Assembly: GCF_030684315.1 (NCBI RefSeq)
Contig: NC_081374.1
Span: forward strand, 38,972,630 to 39,036,629
Reading direction: 5' to 3'
Source of the DNA: Stegostoma tigrinum
Lineage: Eukaryota
DNA: 64,000 nt
Shown: positions 12,897-25,937 of the stretch, in pieces
Numbering within the stretch: the stretch's first letter is position 1
Layout of the letters: every line of letters begins with the position of its first letter
Notes under the pieces: generated by a model
Database searches by the model: none
What the model saw: the letters and a program-made list of their open reading frames with translations, nothing else
What the model was told of the DNA's origin: nothing
Translations under genes and position numbers: made by a program

Positions 12897-14773
12897 GTCA
12901 TGAGACAGGCTAGCTAGTAATATTAGAAATGATAGTAAAAGCTTCTTTTAATACATAAGAAACAAACGAGAGGCAAAAGTAGACATTGGGCCGCTCCAAA
13001 TTGATGCTGGAAGGCTAGCGATGGGAGATAAGGAAATAGCTGAAGAACCTAATAAGTACTTTGCGTCAGTCTTCACAGTTGAAGACATGAGTAGTATCCC
13101 AACAATTAAGGAGAGCCAGGGGGCAGAGTTGAGTACAGTAGGCATTACGAAAGAGAAAGTGCTTGAAAAGCTAAAGGGTCTAAAAATTGATAAATCTCCT
13201 GGCCCCGAGGGGCTACATCCTAGAGTTCTGATGTAGGACGCTGAGGAAATAGCGGAGGCTTTCGTTGTGATCTTTCAAAACTCACTGGAGTCTGGGAAAG
13301 TCCCAGATGATTGGAAAATTGCTGTTGTAACCCCCTTGTTTAAGAAAGGATCAAGACAAAAGATGGAAAATTATAGGCTGATTAGCCTAACCTCGGTAGT
13401 TGGTAAAATTCTAGAATCCATTGTCAAGGATGAGATTTCTAAATTCCTGGAAGTGCAGGGTCAGATTAGAATAAATCAGCATGGATTTAGTAAGGGGAGG
13501 TCGTGCCTGACAAACCCGTTAGAATTCTTTGAAGAGGTAACAAGTATGTTAGACCAGGGAAACCCAGTAGATATTATCTGTCTAGACTTCCAAAAGGCCT
13601 TTGATAGGGTGCCTCACAGGAGGATGCTGAGCAAGGTGAGGGCCTTTGGTGTTCAAGGTGAGCTACTGGTTTGGATTGAGGATTGGCTGTCTGATAGAAG
13701 GCAGAGAGTTGGGATAAAAGGCTCTTTTTCAGAATGGCAACCGGTGATGACTGGTGACCCGCAGGGTTCAGTGTTGGGGCCGCAGCTGTTCAATTTATAT
13801 ATTAATGTTCTGGATGAATGGACCGGGGGCATTCTGGCGAAGTTTGCCAATGATACGAAGATAGGTGGACAGGCAGGTAGTACTGAGGAGGTGGGGAAGC
13901 TGCAGAAAGATTTAGACAGTTTAGGAGAGTGGTCCAGGAAATGGCTGATGAAATTCAACTTGAGCAAATGCAAGGTTTTGCACTTTGGAAAAAAGAATAC
14001 AGGCATGGACTATTTTCTAAACGGTGACAAAATTCATAAAGCAGAAGTACAAAGGGATCTGGGAGTGTTGGCCCAGAATCCTCTAAAAGTTAACTTGCGG
14101 GTAGAGTCGGTGATTAAGAAAGCGAATGTAATGTTGTTTATCTCAAGGGGGTTGGAATATAAAAGCAGTGATGTGCTTCTGAGACTTTATAAAGCTCTAG
14201 TTAGGTCCCATTTAGAATACTGCATCCAATTTTGGGCCCCACACCTCACGAAGGACATACTGGCCCTGGAGCGTGTCCAGCGAAGATTCACACGGATGAT
14301 CCCTAGAATGGTAGGTTTAATGTATGATGAACGGCTAAGGATCCTGGGATTGTATTCATTAGAGGTTAGGAGGTTAGGAGGTTGAGGGGAGATCTAGTAG
14401 AAACTTACAAGATAATGTATGGCTTGGAAAGGGTGGACACTGGGAAGTTGTTTCTGTTAGGCGGGGAGACTGGGACCCCTGGGCACAGCCTTAGAATTAG
14501 AGGGGGTAAATTTAAAACGGAAATGAAGAGACATTTCTTCAGCCAGTGAGTGGTGGGCTTGTGGAATTCATTGCCATGGAGCGCAGTGGGGGCCAGGACG
14601 TTGGATGCCTTCAAGGCAGAGATCGATAATTTTTTAATCTCACAAGGAATCAAGGGCTACAGGGAGAGTGCAGGGAAGTGGAGTTGAAATGCCCATCAGC
14701 CATGATTTAAATGGCAGAGTGGACTCGATGGGCTGAATGGCCTTACTTCCACTCCTATGTCTTATGGTCTTAT
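12897..14773 (+). mobile_element. CR1-clade LINE, 5'-truncated, RT region and 3'UTR
   Basis: ORF 13267-14385: VPDDWKIAVVTPLFKKG, QHGFSKGRSCLTN, LDFQKAFD, PQGSVLGP, and FAND (mutated FADD). It ends in a CTTATGGTCTTATG tail. Confidence 0.95.
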
Positions 14774-15743
14774 GAGAGGTAAAACATTTTGTTGGAGGCA
14801 AACCCACGTGATATTAGCAGTAGTGGCCATATAGAAAAGTTTTTAACATTTTGGTGGCAGATACAGGGAAAACTAATTGAAGACCAACTTGGCAACAGCT
14901 TTGGACAAGAGAATCTGGATAAAGGGAGAATCATCATCTTAAGCAGAATCATTTTCTCTAAGTACAATCAGTTGCACAAATCTATAGACAGATTATTAAC
15001 CACCAAGAATTTAGAGCTGGCTTCTGTTTTGACTAGAATACATTTTCCTTAAATGCATTTCTCAGAAACCCATAATTAAAAGAAATTTAATAAAATAAAA
15101 AGGTTGCAGTGCACTTTTGAGCTGCAAATCAAAGCTGGAAGAATGCTCCGGTTTTGTGGTCACTACAGACGCAATTTTTTTTTAAACCAGCTGCTAAAAA
15201 GTCTGTCGTCTTAAAGAAATAGTAGCTTCTAATCTACAGACGATCCTGAAAAGTCATACCATCACTGCATCATCAATGCACAAAAGGTCTAGCAGACTGA
15301 ATGGCATGTACTATCAAATCAGTGATCATTAAGGGTTGAGCAACTGAGCAAGGCTTTAGGTGTTGTAATGCTGCATTTCTCCACAACACCAATAGAGAAG
15401 AGTTTACCATTACCTATACTCGGAAGGCAAGTCTGAATGATGTTACCCAGCAGTCAATTCTCTCACCATTCTGAGATACATGACATCCTTCTTCACGGAT
15501 GGAGGAGAATGGAAGAGGTATATGTTACGTGACTAGATAGAGAACTACCAAAAGTGTGCACTGAGCAGAATGTGAGAGTTTTACATTCAAATCCAAATAC
15601 TTGGATACCAGCAAAGGCTTCTAAAATGTGCAACCATCTCAGCTCGTGCAACTATTGCTGATGATGGTACTATATTACAAAGCAGCAGAAGCCAGGTCAG
15701 ACTGCACAGTATTCATGTACCACAACAGTGAGGTAGGACACTC

Positions 15744-15783
15744 TGATGATGATAATGATGATGATGATGATGATGATAATGAT
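15744..15783. repeat. Imperfect (GAT)n microsatellite
   Basis: TGATGATGATAATGATGATGATGATGATGATGATAATGAT. Confidence 0.9.
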
Positions 15784-16985
15784 TGGGCAGTAGTGATGAG
15801 TGACAGCAACCAGTGGTAAGACAAACAAGTTGGGCATCTTTCCTGGTGAGTACCTGATCACCAGATCTGAATGTGTTGTCAAACCAACTCTTGCCCTGCA
15901 CGCTCCCCCCCTCCCTCCCGCCAAAAGCATCACATTGAAGATTGAATGTATTAGTCCCAGAACCTCTGTTTTATCTGTTTCTACAACTGACAAGACATGT
16001 CTATGTAAAACCTTGCATATTGGCTCGAAACATAATTTTTCATCTAAGGAAAAAGGGCATGTTGCATTATGTCTCATGGACAGTATGTTAGTGTGTCGTT
16101 CAGAGGTAAGGATGAACAAGGGTAGGCTGGGCCCCAGGGGAAAGGTTGACATATTTGAATCAAATTATAAAGAATTGAGCTCAATTGGCTAAGTGACTGA
16201 TATAAGACTTGGGATATCGGCCAATTCCCAATTCAGCCATCGTAGTCTTGCAACATTCCCCCTTCCTTGCCCTGAGAGTGGAAGACCAAGGAAAACCACC
16301 ACTGACCAACAATTCCAGGAAAACAGCTCAGTACAAAGCATCAACAGACAGTGAGCCAATGATCAATTTTGCTACAGAGCATTCATACAATGCTGTGCAG
16401 CACAGACTAAAGGCCTGACATATCTACATGACATTTGAAATTTCTTCCTACCTACTTTGTGTCACACTATCAACACATTTCTTTCTCCCTCGTGTGCTAA
16501 TCCAGCTTCTTCTTTAATGCATCTATATTATTTGCTTCATCCACAATAGTGAGTCATACATTCCCATCACCTTTGAGGAGAGAGGATTTTCTTGAATTCC
16601 TTTTTGGAATTGTTAGTGACTATCTTATATTTATGGCCATTTCTCCCTACCTGTGAAAGATGTTTTATCAACACCAATGAATTTTTTCATGAGTTTAAGA
16701 ATATCTCTGAAGATACCCCTTGGTCTTTTTTGCCTTGACAGTTTGACCCTTTCACTTCTGTAAACATTTTTCACACTTTCTTAGTGCTGTTCTATTCTAT
16801 TGTCTGATTTCCGCACTGACACATTTTCCAGAAGGAATGAGTTGAAGTAGAAGCAGGATATCTGGTTAGATCTTCTTCAAAACTCATTGTGAGAATCTAT
16901 CAGTCACATTTGGATCTTTCACACTGCATAGGTATTGAACCTGAAATCTTGGGAATTTTTTTTGGGATAGTGATTCCTTCAGACA

Positions 16986-17497
16986 TGACAGAATCGGCCA
17001 AGGCAAGACTCTTGTGCTGAAGCATTGGTTTGGCCTGAGCTTAGTGTGAAATTATTGTGTCCTGATCTTTTTTTCAAGAGAGATTTTAAGGCAGAGGTAA
17101 TGAGTTGTCTGCTTGAAAAGCCAGTAAACAGCTTGTGAGGCCTTGGTTTACTAAAGTTGGAACAATTGAAGCAACCTGGCTGGGTGTGGCCAGCTCTCAC
17201 AGATCAGGATTTCTAGTGGTTTTTTTAAGGTTTAGCTTTAAGCAGTTGGTGTTGGTGTCTCAGCAGGGCAGAAGCTGCTGGAGATTTGAAGAAATAGAAG
17301 CCATCTTTTCCCTCCCTGGCTTACAGCTAGAGGCTGGGGTTTCTCTCTGTTGCTGGGTTACCTGACAGACAAATTTATTTTTCTGAATTTGCCTTTTTGT
17401 CATGGAGCATGTTTATGGGTTGTCACTATATTGGAAAAGTTAAGGTCCAGGCTACCCTCTTAAAATATTTTGAGGGTGTCTAGTCTGGCTCATAACA
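16986..17497. mobile_element. Possible solo LTR or other interspersed repeat
   Basis: A block of about 510 bp with TG...CA-like ends (TGACAG...CATAACA). No clear TSD was found. Confidence 0.25.
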
Positions 17498-18087
17498 TTA
17501 GCCTAAGACACTATCTTGGTAAAATAATTGAAAAGCAGGAATCATCTCCTAGATGATTGTTGACTATTTAATTTGTTTGTTAATACTCATTAAGAAGGTG
17601 CATAGCAGTTAGATGGATGGTGCTTGAATTAATTGGTGCCCTTTCCAAACAGAGATCAGGAATAACCAAGAGAAGAACAAATTATTGCTATGGATTTTAG
17701 GTGCTACTTAAATACATACTCACCTAACTGTTCATTTGCGACTGAATCCTTGAAAAGAGCTTATGGCACAGCGGTAGGGTTCCTACGCCTGGACTGGGAA
17801 GCCCTAGTTCAAGTCCCACCTGTTGCAGAGGTGTGTAATAACATCGCTGAACAAGTTGATTACTAAAATTCTTTTGAAACTCTTAGGGAGACTTCCTGAT
17901 ACCCTTTGTCAAAAGGAGATAGCAAGAACTGCAGGCACTGTGTTGATTCTTTGTCAAAGCTTCAACAACACTCCAGTGACATTTCTTATATAAATCTTCT
18001 GACAACTACACTTAAGTGGTTAAGTGTTGTATTACTCGAGAATATTGTACAATTTATGAGACTCACTAGGAGTAAGCAAGTGTTTAA

Positions 18088-18273
18088 TTAAAGGTCACTA
18101 GCCAGGGAGCTTGAGGAGAAATTGAAACATGATCTGAGGAAACATACAGAAGCACTGCTGCAGGGACAGAAGGTTGAGGTAGCTTCTTTCTCCCACTCTG
18201 GTAACAGTGTATCCCTCCTCCTCTGGCCCTCTATCACCTCCAGTGCTACTTCTAAGAACTCTGCACCCGGCAT
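18088..18273 (-). mobile_element. Degenerate Myb/SANT-like coding remnant (Harbinger-type accessory gene)
   Basis: PGAEFLEVALEVIEGQRRRDTLLP resembles the F..LEVL.....RR..L.P start of MSANTD-type domains. Confidence 0.35.
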
Positions 18274-19289
18274 ATATTACCTGAACCATCCTGAACCCAT
18301 TGCTTTGTGTCTGACAGTTTACTTCAAAACCTCTATGGGTGCATGAAACTCACGTAAGCTGCTCCACAAATACCACTTCCAATGAGTGACTGCTGACATT
18401 GTAAGTGTCTGTTTTAGCTCATCCAGGCAATTTCAAGGTACAATAATCAGCAAATTGAGTGCACAAAACAAATTTTTAACAAGTATCTTCTTAGTGTAGA
18501 GCTCATTAATTGCACAATTTCACCCTTTCCTTAAAATAATTGCACTTCTGCTTTTAAATGGATTCAGTGCTGTCGCTAATCTCTTTACAGTTCTACCAAC
18601 TGTAGAAGGATTCCTGGTTTACACTACGAAGTCACATTTCAATGATGAAGCAGATCAGAACTGGTCCTTGATAGGGTTTCACTGGCAATGTAATTTTATG
18701 GCTCAGACTCTGCCACTGACTGATCTAATTGCTGGAGACAGCGTTTCTAAAAATGGAACTGGACCACTAGTCTAAAATAGGAAAGGAGAGCACAATCAGA
18801 TATATTGACACAGTGATGGCTCACATCATTATGGTCAGAATTAAAGTGCAGCAACAAAATAGCAGCTCAGTTAGCCCATTAGAAATCTTCTGTTTCTTAT
18901 AATAAACAGCACCATTGTTTGCATTTTGACTTCCCGGTTTCTCAGTCAGCTTGCTGGGAAATGGTTTGAAAATATCAAACATCCTTCAGCACCTTTCGTG
19001 GCGACATTTTTCACCTGAACTTTGAGAATCATTGCTTGTAACACAGCTCAGTTATGGTTCTCCCATCGTATCCGTGGAAAATCCACTTATTATTGGATTA
19101 TTATCAGGAATGAGACCTGGATTGTTCCTTCCTTGTTTCAAATTGTGTTCTTCTTACTGACCCCATTGGAATTGACCCCAAACTCCGCACTGACTGCTAA
19201 AAAAAATTTGTTCCTGTAATGGCCTTCAGCAAGAAGAAGACAGATTGTTTGCCCAGAACTTTTACAAACCCAGCGGCAATCAGGAAACA

Positions 19290-19730
19290 AAGTCTTCACC
19301 AGGACATTGCCTGGGATGAAAACTCTCAGTTATGAGGAGAGACTGGATATACTGGACTTGTTTCCCTTGGAACAGAGGAAGCTGAGGGGCAATCTGATCA
19401 ATTATACAAAATGATAAGTGGTATAGATAAAGCAGATTGTGATAATCTTTTCCCCCATAGCCAATGTTTCTAGGACCAGAAGACATAAGTTTCAGGTGAG
19501 GACCAAGTTGGTTGGAGAAGATCTAGAAAAGGTTTTTCACCCAGAGGGTGGTAGAAATATGGAATGTGCTGCCTGAGAGGGTAGTGGAGACAGGATGGGC
19601 ACTTAAAATGCCAGGGCATAGTAAGTTAAGAGAAGCAGGGGTAAATGGGATTCGTGTAATTTGTTGCATGTTGGTTAGCATAGACACGATGGGCTGAAGG
19701 GCCTGTTTCTATGCTGTACGACTCTCTATA
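19290..19730 (+). mobile_element. Old CR1 3' fragment
   Basis: TTCACCAGGACATTGCCTGGGATG...TTATGAGGAGAGACTGG and the tail GGGCTGAAGGGCCTGTTTCTATGCTGTACGACTCTAT. Confidence 0.8.
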
Positions 19731-20369
19731 ACTCATTGACTTCTTCTCATTTCACAAGCCAAAGACTAATGATCTTTCATTGGTGTTTGTCCATCGTGTG
19801 AATTTATAGAGAACCACCCCACTCCTTGGCAGGTATTCAAAGTTAAGCAGATCACAATATTAAATTAAATTATTCTGTATTATAACAAACGATTTGCCAC
19901 AAAACTCTTCCAGCACTTTTCATATTATGAAACCTCTCTAAGGCTTGTACAGTGAAAGATTCGCTACATAAAAATATAGTAGAAGAGACACTCAATGAAT
20001 CATTCTCTGCAACACATTGGTCAAAACTTCCATTTTTCAGTTTGTATTTCCAAATAAAAATAAATCATCTTACACATCTACTATCCATGTTTGCTCTTCA
20101 GCTTGACTTGGGACTGCTGCTGCAGATTTGTCAGTACCAGATGCAAACTTCCTTGGTATGACCAGTTCTCAACTCCCTATAGTTCCTACCTCTTGCTCAC
20201 TCACTGCTGTGAGTCTATCAGGTCCTAAACATTTTTCACCATCACCTGTGGATTCTACCTTGTTGAATATTGTCACAGGATTCTCCTTGTCACAGGGATC
20301 TTGAAGGTTCGTCTCTTTCCGTTGTTGTCTATTTGGACGAACAGCCACATTACAGCTGTCTCTGGCGTA

Positions 20370-21056
20370 TTTGACTTGATTTGATTTATTATTTTCACAT
20401 GTACCTAGGTACAGTCAAAACTTTTATTTTGCATGCAGTACAGGCAGATCATACCGTACCAGTTCATTTAGGTAATAGAGCAGAGCAAAGAATATAATAT
20501 TACAGCTACAGAGAAAGTGCACAGAAAGTAAGATCAATATTAAAGTTAAATTTGTGAGGTCCATTCGGAAGACTTATCAAGTGGGGAAGAAGCTGTTCTT
20601 GAATCTATTTGTACATGCATACAAACCAGGATGGGAGGGATGTTTGGGATTATGTTGATTGCTTTCCTGAGGTAGTGAGAAGTACAGATGGAGTCAAAGG
20701 TTAGAAGATTAGTTTGGTACTGGGTTGTGTTCATGACTCTGTAGTTTCTTAAAGACTTGGGAAAAGCAGCTGCCAAATCACACCATGATGCATCCAGATA
20801 GAATGCTGTGTCTATAAAATTTGGTAAGATTTCTTGTGGATGTGCCAAATTTCCTTAGCCTGCTGAGGAAGTAGAGATGTTGTTGTGCTTTTGTGACCAT
20901 TAGGTCGACATGTGTAGCCCAGGACAGACTGTTGATGATCATTTCTCTTAGAAACTTGATGTTCTTGACCAACACCTCAGCACCATTGATGCAGATAGGG
21001 GCATACCCTCTACTCCACCTCCTGAAGTCAATGACCAGCTCCTTTGTTTTGTTGAA
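20370..21056 (-). mobile_element. Rex1/Babar-like LINE 3' fragment
   Basis: Translation KFL...LSWATHVD...TKAQQHLYFLSRLRKFG...FYRHSILSGCIMV is typical of the Rex-Babar RT C-terminus. The tail is ATCAA-like. Confidence 0.75.
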
Positions 21057-22409
21057 GTTCTTCAGACATCCAACACTTACTGTCTAATAGCATAGTACAG
21101 CAACATTTACTATTCACACCATGTAATAAGAAGAATCCTCAATACTGCTCATTACATTGTACGGGCTGTCTAGTGGGTTTGCTGTCATGATCGTCTTTCC
21201 TGATAGAAATCCACAGAGGCTCCTTGTTTTGGTGTGGTACAGCAAAACCACTTGGCCATCTAATAAGAAGGGGTTTATGTCTTCTACAAATTGTATTTTA
21301 TCACGTTATAGCGACTAGCTACAGATTGTATTGGTATGATGGACATTGTTACAAGATTGAGGGTCACCTCAACGACAGGTCTTCGTCCTTCGCAGTCTGA
21401 AACTGTCGGTCTCACTTACGGCATCATCGTCACATTGCGTGGTGCTTAATGCAATTCCTGGCATTAATTATTCTAGACTTGTACACCCTGATGCAACATT
21501 CATTTGGGAGGTGGGCCCACAGAGCTGCAGCAGCTTTCCTTTTCGTTTGTGCACTTGACCAATTACAAAAAACAAACTGCCACTAAAATCATCTGTATAA
21601 GCTGAATATTAGGCTGCGCAGTGAATGCCAGCATGCAGGTACAGAATGTACTGCCATGCAGTCAATCTGTTTTCATGGTGACACACAGCACTGGCCGAAA
21701 CACCCATCTTGACTTGCCAGTTGGATTTTGCACAGAAAAGGCAGCTGTTGGTGGATTAAAACTGCACTTAGCAAATAGTGTAATTGTTTGCTCAACTGTA
21801 ACCATAGATAATAAACAAGGGAAAGAAGCTGGTGCGGGGATAAAGTATTTAAAGAAAGAAAAGAAATATACGGCAAAAAATTAGAACCAAAAGAGGAAAC
21901 AGAAATAAAGTAGAGAGAGAGAGGGAAATGTTCCTGAATAGGTCACACAGTAAACACAGTCCCACATGGTATTGGACTAGTAAGTGCACAGTTAGGTTCT
22001 AGCCCAATCTGAGTCCATTACTTCCAGACAGGGCGATAATATGAGGATCCCAGTGCTGTTGAAACATTTAGACTCGGGAGAGGGAAGATCATCTCAGAAG
22101 GCAAATTCCAGATCCCGATTGCTATCCATTGACACCTGTTATAAATGGTCAATGTTGGATAAATGCATGGCACAGCTTGATCAAATTCACCTAAAAAAGA
22201 ATTATCCATAACATTTGTAAAGGTACATAACACTGCGGTTTAAATTTGGTACTGCATGAAGTGAAGTGCAGTTTATTATTTTTCAATACAGTGCCTCACT
22301 AGATTTACAATTACAGATTATATTTACCACTTTCATTTTCATGTCACATTCTCTGGTTCTTGTAGCAAGGAGTTTTCTACAGCTCTAGACCTTCATTGTG
22401 AGTGGCCCT

Positions 22410-22560
22410 TAGTTAGTGGGCTTTCCCCATTGATCGCCTTGACATTGGGCCCCCAAGCTTTAGTTTCTCTCTTAGCACGTAGTCCTGCACCTTGGAATGT
22501 GTCAGTTGGCAATGAGGAGTCATGGACAGTTCTTTACACTGGAAAGATTTTGGTGAAAAG
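22410..22560 (-). mobile_element. L1/Tx1-type LINE, ORF2 C-terminal fragment
   Basis: FQCKELS..HCQLTHSKVQDYVLREKLKLG resembles the Tx1-like ORF2 terminus. Confidence 0.55.
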
Positions 22561-22896
22561 CTCTCTTGGTTGGATGACCTAAAGATGGTCGTTGTCCAGA
22601 ATGTTCTGCTGAAGGGTCTCACTGAAACCTTACTTTCTCTTGAGACGCTAGCTGAACTGTATGGACATTCCCAACGGCAACATTCTCTTTTTAGTTGGGG
22701 ATCTTGAGAATAAATATGGATGCTGAAGGGGAAAGTGTCCAGAATAGGAGACTTGATAGCCTGCTTTCTTTCTTTAACCTGGGTCTTGAATGGGTCCTGA
22801 AACGTTTTTTAACAAGAGTTTCTGCAAAAAGATTTCCAAATAAAACAGAGAACTCCCGCATCCTCAGGATGTCACAAAGCACTTTAGAATTAATGA

Positions 22897-23117
22897 GATA
22901 ACAAGGTGTAGAGCTAGACGAATACAGCAGGCCAAGCAGCATCAGAGGAATAGAAAAGCTGACGTTTCAGGTCTAGATCCTTCTTCATTCTCTGAAGAAG
23001 GGTCTAGACCTGAAATGTTAGCTTTCCTGCTCCTCTGCAGCTTAGCCTGCTGTGTTCATCCAACTCTACACCTTGTTATCTCAGTTTCTGTCGCATCAGT
23101 AGTTCCCATTGACTCTG
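22897..23117. mobile_element. Penelope-derived fold-back element with a 13-bp TSD
   Basis: Inverted arms around about 22990 with a decayed core CTGAAGAAGGGTCTAGACCTGAAATGTT. TTAGAATTAATGA occurs at 22884-22896 and 23118-23130. Confidence 0.85.
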
Positions 23118-24689
23118 TTAGAATTAATGATGTACTTTTTAATTGAAGTTTCTGTTGTGATTCAAAAAAAGTAGTTAAGTGGTACATTATTGACCAGGGT
23201 TTTGGGAGGGGTCTGGTAGTTTTCTGAATATAGTGCCATGCATCAATAGATGGAGTCTTATTTATCTCTCTTGAAAGCCAGCAACTCTGACAATGCAACA
23301 ATCTCATAACGCTGTCCTAGCCTATTGTCAGTGAACTCACAAGCTTCTGACTTAGAGTTGATTATGTGATCTACTGAATCATAGCTGACACTTGTAAGTA
23401 CTGTGACAGAGAAATCAGCGCTTGGTGTTGTGCTTTTTTAAATCTAAATCTGTATGTCCAACTAGCCAAGCAAGTTACAACACAATTGTCCTTTTCCAGA
23501 GATAATGGGAACTGCACATGCTGGAGAATCCAAGATAATAAAGTGTGAACCTGGATGAACACAGCAGGCCGAGCAGCATCTCAGGAGCACAAGTGGTCAG
23601 TATTTATGCATACATCCTGATATCAAGGGTCAATCAGCTATCTATTGTACAGGATATCTTCAGTTAGCTTCGACCGAGTCCTCATCCCTTATTTGCACAT
23701 TTACTTTTTCAGTAGAGATCACAGCTTAGCAATCAGGAGTTAAAATTGTTTGCTCAATGTGGGACTCTGACTGTAGCATTGTCAAACCTCCACCATCTTA
23801 TAACTAAAGTGAACCGGACATTCCTAAGAGCCACTACTCAGTGGAGATGGCGGCACTTATGCTATTAGAATGGAGAAAGTCATTGACCTTCTTCCTACAC
23901 CATTAGATCTCTGAGAGATGGCTGAATCAGTGGCTTTCCTGAGACCAGGCTGGCATAGTCTGGTGCCATGGTCTCCACTGCTAATCCTGGGGGAAGAGCT
24001 TGACCACAAGTTGTCTTGACGGCAGTTATGGTACTGGAATCAAATAAGGGGCAAGTTATGAGGTGAATTTGGTAAGATATGGCGAGAGAACCTGCTATCT
24101 TGTAGCAAAAAAACCTCCAAAAAACCCTACATGACTCACACTTAGCCAAAGAAATGGAAGAGTTAATCTATGGATTTCAAGCTTCTGTGTATAATTTAGT
24201 GATCATAAGTAAGTTTTGTGGTGTCATTATTGGAACATAGGAAAACCACAGCAACAAGAATAGGCCTCAAATCTGCTGTTCAATTAGATCATGACTGAAC
24301 TGTAACTTTACTTTCTACCCACCTTAGCTCCTTATCCTTGATATTCATACTTCATAAGTTTTGCCCTTTTCAATTGACCCCCAGTCTTTGAAATATTAGA
24401 TTTTCAGATTTTTGCTGCCCATTATGCGAAGAAGTGCTTTCGGATATCACTGAAATCAAAACAAAATACTATAGATGCTGGACATTTGAATAAAAACAAA
24501 GTGCCAGAAGAAATATGTAATGGTACGGAGTCATTTTGGACTTAAAGCATTAACTTTTCTTTTCTCTCTCCACAGCTGCTGCCAGACTTCCTGTGTTTCT
24601 CCTGCATTTTCTGTTTTCTTCCGGAAATCACCCCTGACTGACCTACTTTGCTGTTAAGTTTTGATTCTCCATAACATTTGAAAATGCTC

Positions 24690-25045
24690 TTATTCACTCA
24701 TGGCATTTATTGCCTTCCCTAATTGCCATGGAGAAGCGGGGGGTCCGGGGTGGGGTGTGATCTGCTGGCTTAAATGACTGTAATTTTTGCGCGCAGGAAA
24801 ATCCATTGGACTGCAAGGGTGGGCGTTCCATGATCATGACCCAGGGACAATGAAGGAACAACAATATCGTTCCAAGTCAGGACGTTGTGTGTCTTGGAGG
24901 GAAACTTGTTGATTGTGGTGTTCCCATGCATCTACTGCCCTTGACATTCTTGGTGGTAGAGACCATGGGTTTGGAAAGCGCTGTCATGGAGTCTTGGTGA
25001 GTTACGCTGGTGCATCTTTGTAGATGGAACACACCGGTGCCACTT
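24690..25045 (-). mobile_element. Old LINE 3' fragment of the same family as 40735-41540
   Basis: Colinear similarity with 40785-41100 (TTCCAAGTCAGGA..., GGTGTTCCCAT..., GGGTTTGGAA). Confidence 0.65.
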
Positions 25046-25649
25046 GTAAGAACTCAATATGAGTTGGGACACGATGTGTCTTAGAGTCAGCATTGATAAA
25101 CAAATGGAGGAAGTTCACCAATTGGAAGAAGTTAGGGGCATCTCGATTGGCCTCAGCAACTGCACTCTAGCGAGGGAATGAATAAACCAGGATTCCTGCT
25201 TCTGATCACTATTCAGATATTTCCCCCTGAGAGTGCATGGAAACTAAATCAGAACAGCATCCACTGGGGATGTAATGCCATCTGTGACTGAATAGGTTAT
25301 ATGCCCTTATTGCCAAACCCTGCCTTAGAAGAAGGGTCACTTGGGAGAGATGGAGCTGTACCCCACACCAAGCCAAACTAAAGAAATGAGATGATGAAAA
25401 GAAGACGGTTCTTTAAAAAGAAACATACATTTATCAAAAACCTAACATTAGAATCAGCAGCATCATTGTTTTCTTTTCCTTTCTTCTCTCTTTGTAAAAT
25501 ATTCAAAGATTAATAACAAAAGAGGATTAAACCATGAAAGGTAAGAGGAAATGTGTCGGAAAGAACATATTGAATCCGATGGGAAGAATGTTTGGATGAG
25601 GAAGAGCTGCTTGTGATTGATGGATCTGGTGACACTGACAATGATTTGA

Positions 25650-25725
25650 TGGCAGTTTATTTTGGGCTGGGAGATCTCTCCTCCTCCTCTGTTCCCTTAT
25701 TTAGTGTGTGAGGCATTAATACGAC
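25650..25725 (+). promoter_or_regulatory. Candidate APOBEC2 proximal promoter with MEF2/CArG-like A/T boxes
   Basis: GTTTATTTTGGG (25655-25666), CCTTATTTAG (25695-25704) and ATTAATA (about 25715) lie 90-150 bp upstream of the ATG. All are imperfect matches. APOBEC2 is muscle/heart-expressed in other vertebrates. Confidence 0.3.
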
Positions 25726-25803
25726 AGGGACCTCCCTCTTGTTCAGTATAGACTTGCTGTCATCCTGTTCGCACCGTACTGATCCATCAGGCTTCAGTCT
25801 GCA

Positions 25804-25937
25804 ATGGCTGAAAAGGAGACCAAAAAAAAGAACAAAACAGTTGGCAATGAAAAAAATGTAGAGGGCGAAGCAGATGGAGAGACTGCAACAGAGAATTTGG
25901 AATTTCCTGAGCTGGGGCCTTTTGAAACAATTACAGG
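25804..25937 (+). CDS. APOBEC2: APOBEC2 coding exon 1
   Basis: GCAATGG start; MAEKETKKKNKTVGNEKNVEGEADGETATENLEFPELGPFETITG (human exon 1 ends ELPPFEIVTG). The GG|GTGAGT donor is phase 2 and matches the exon 2 acceptor. Confidence 0.9.

Noticed and set aside
13267-14385. 372-aa ORF as a host gene or active RT
   Set aside because: It is a 5'-truncated CR1 ORF2 with a mutated catalytic motif (FAND), an upstream stop and a downstream frameshift.
15628-16192. Poly-Asp, poly-His and poly-Ile ORFs
   Set aside because: They are produced by the (GAT)n microsatellite. No recognisable intact protein or exon chain was found.
5600-25600. TSPO2 or UNC5CL exons expected from human synteny
   Set aside because: I found no TSPO (WxPP, LNxxWxxxFF, PYLAW) or ZU5/death-domain motifs by eye. 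Short diverged exons could have been missed, so absence is not claimed.
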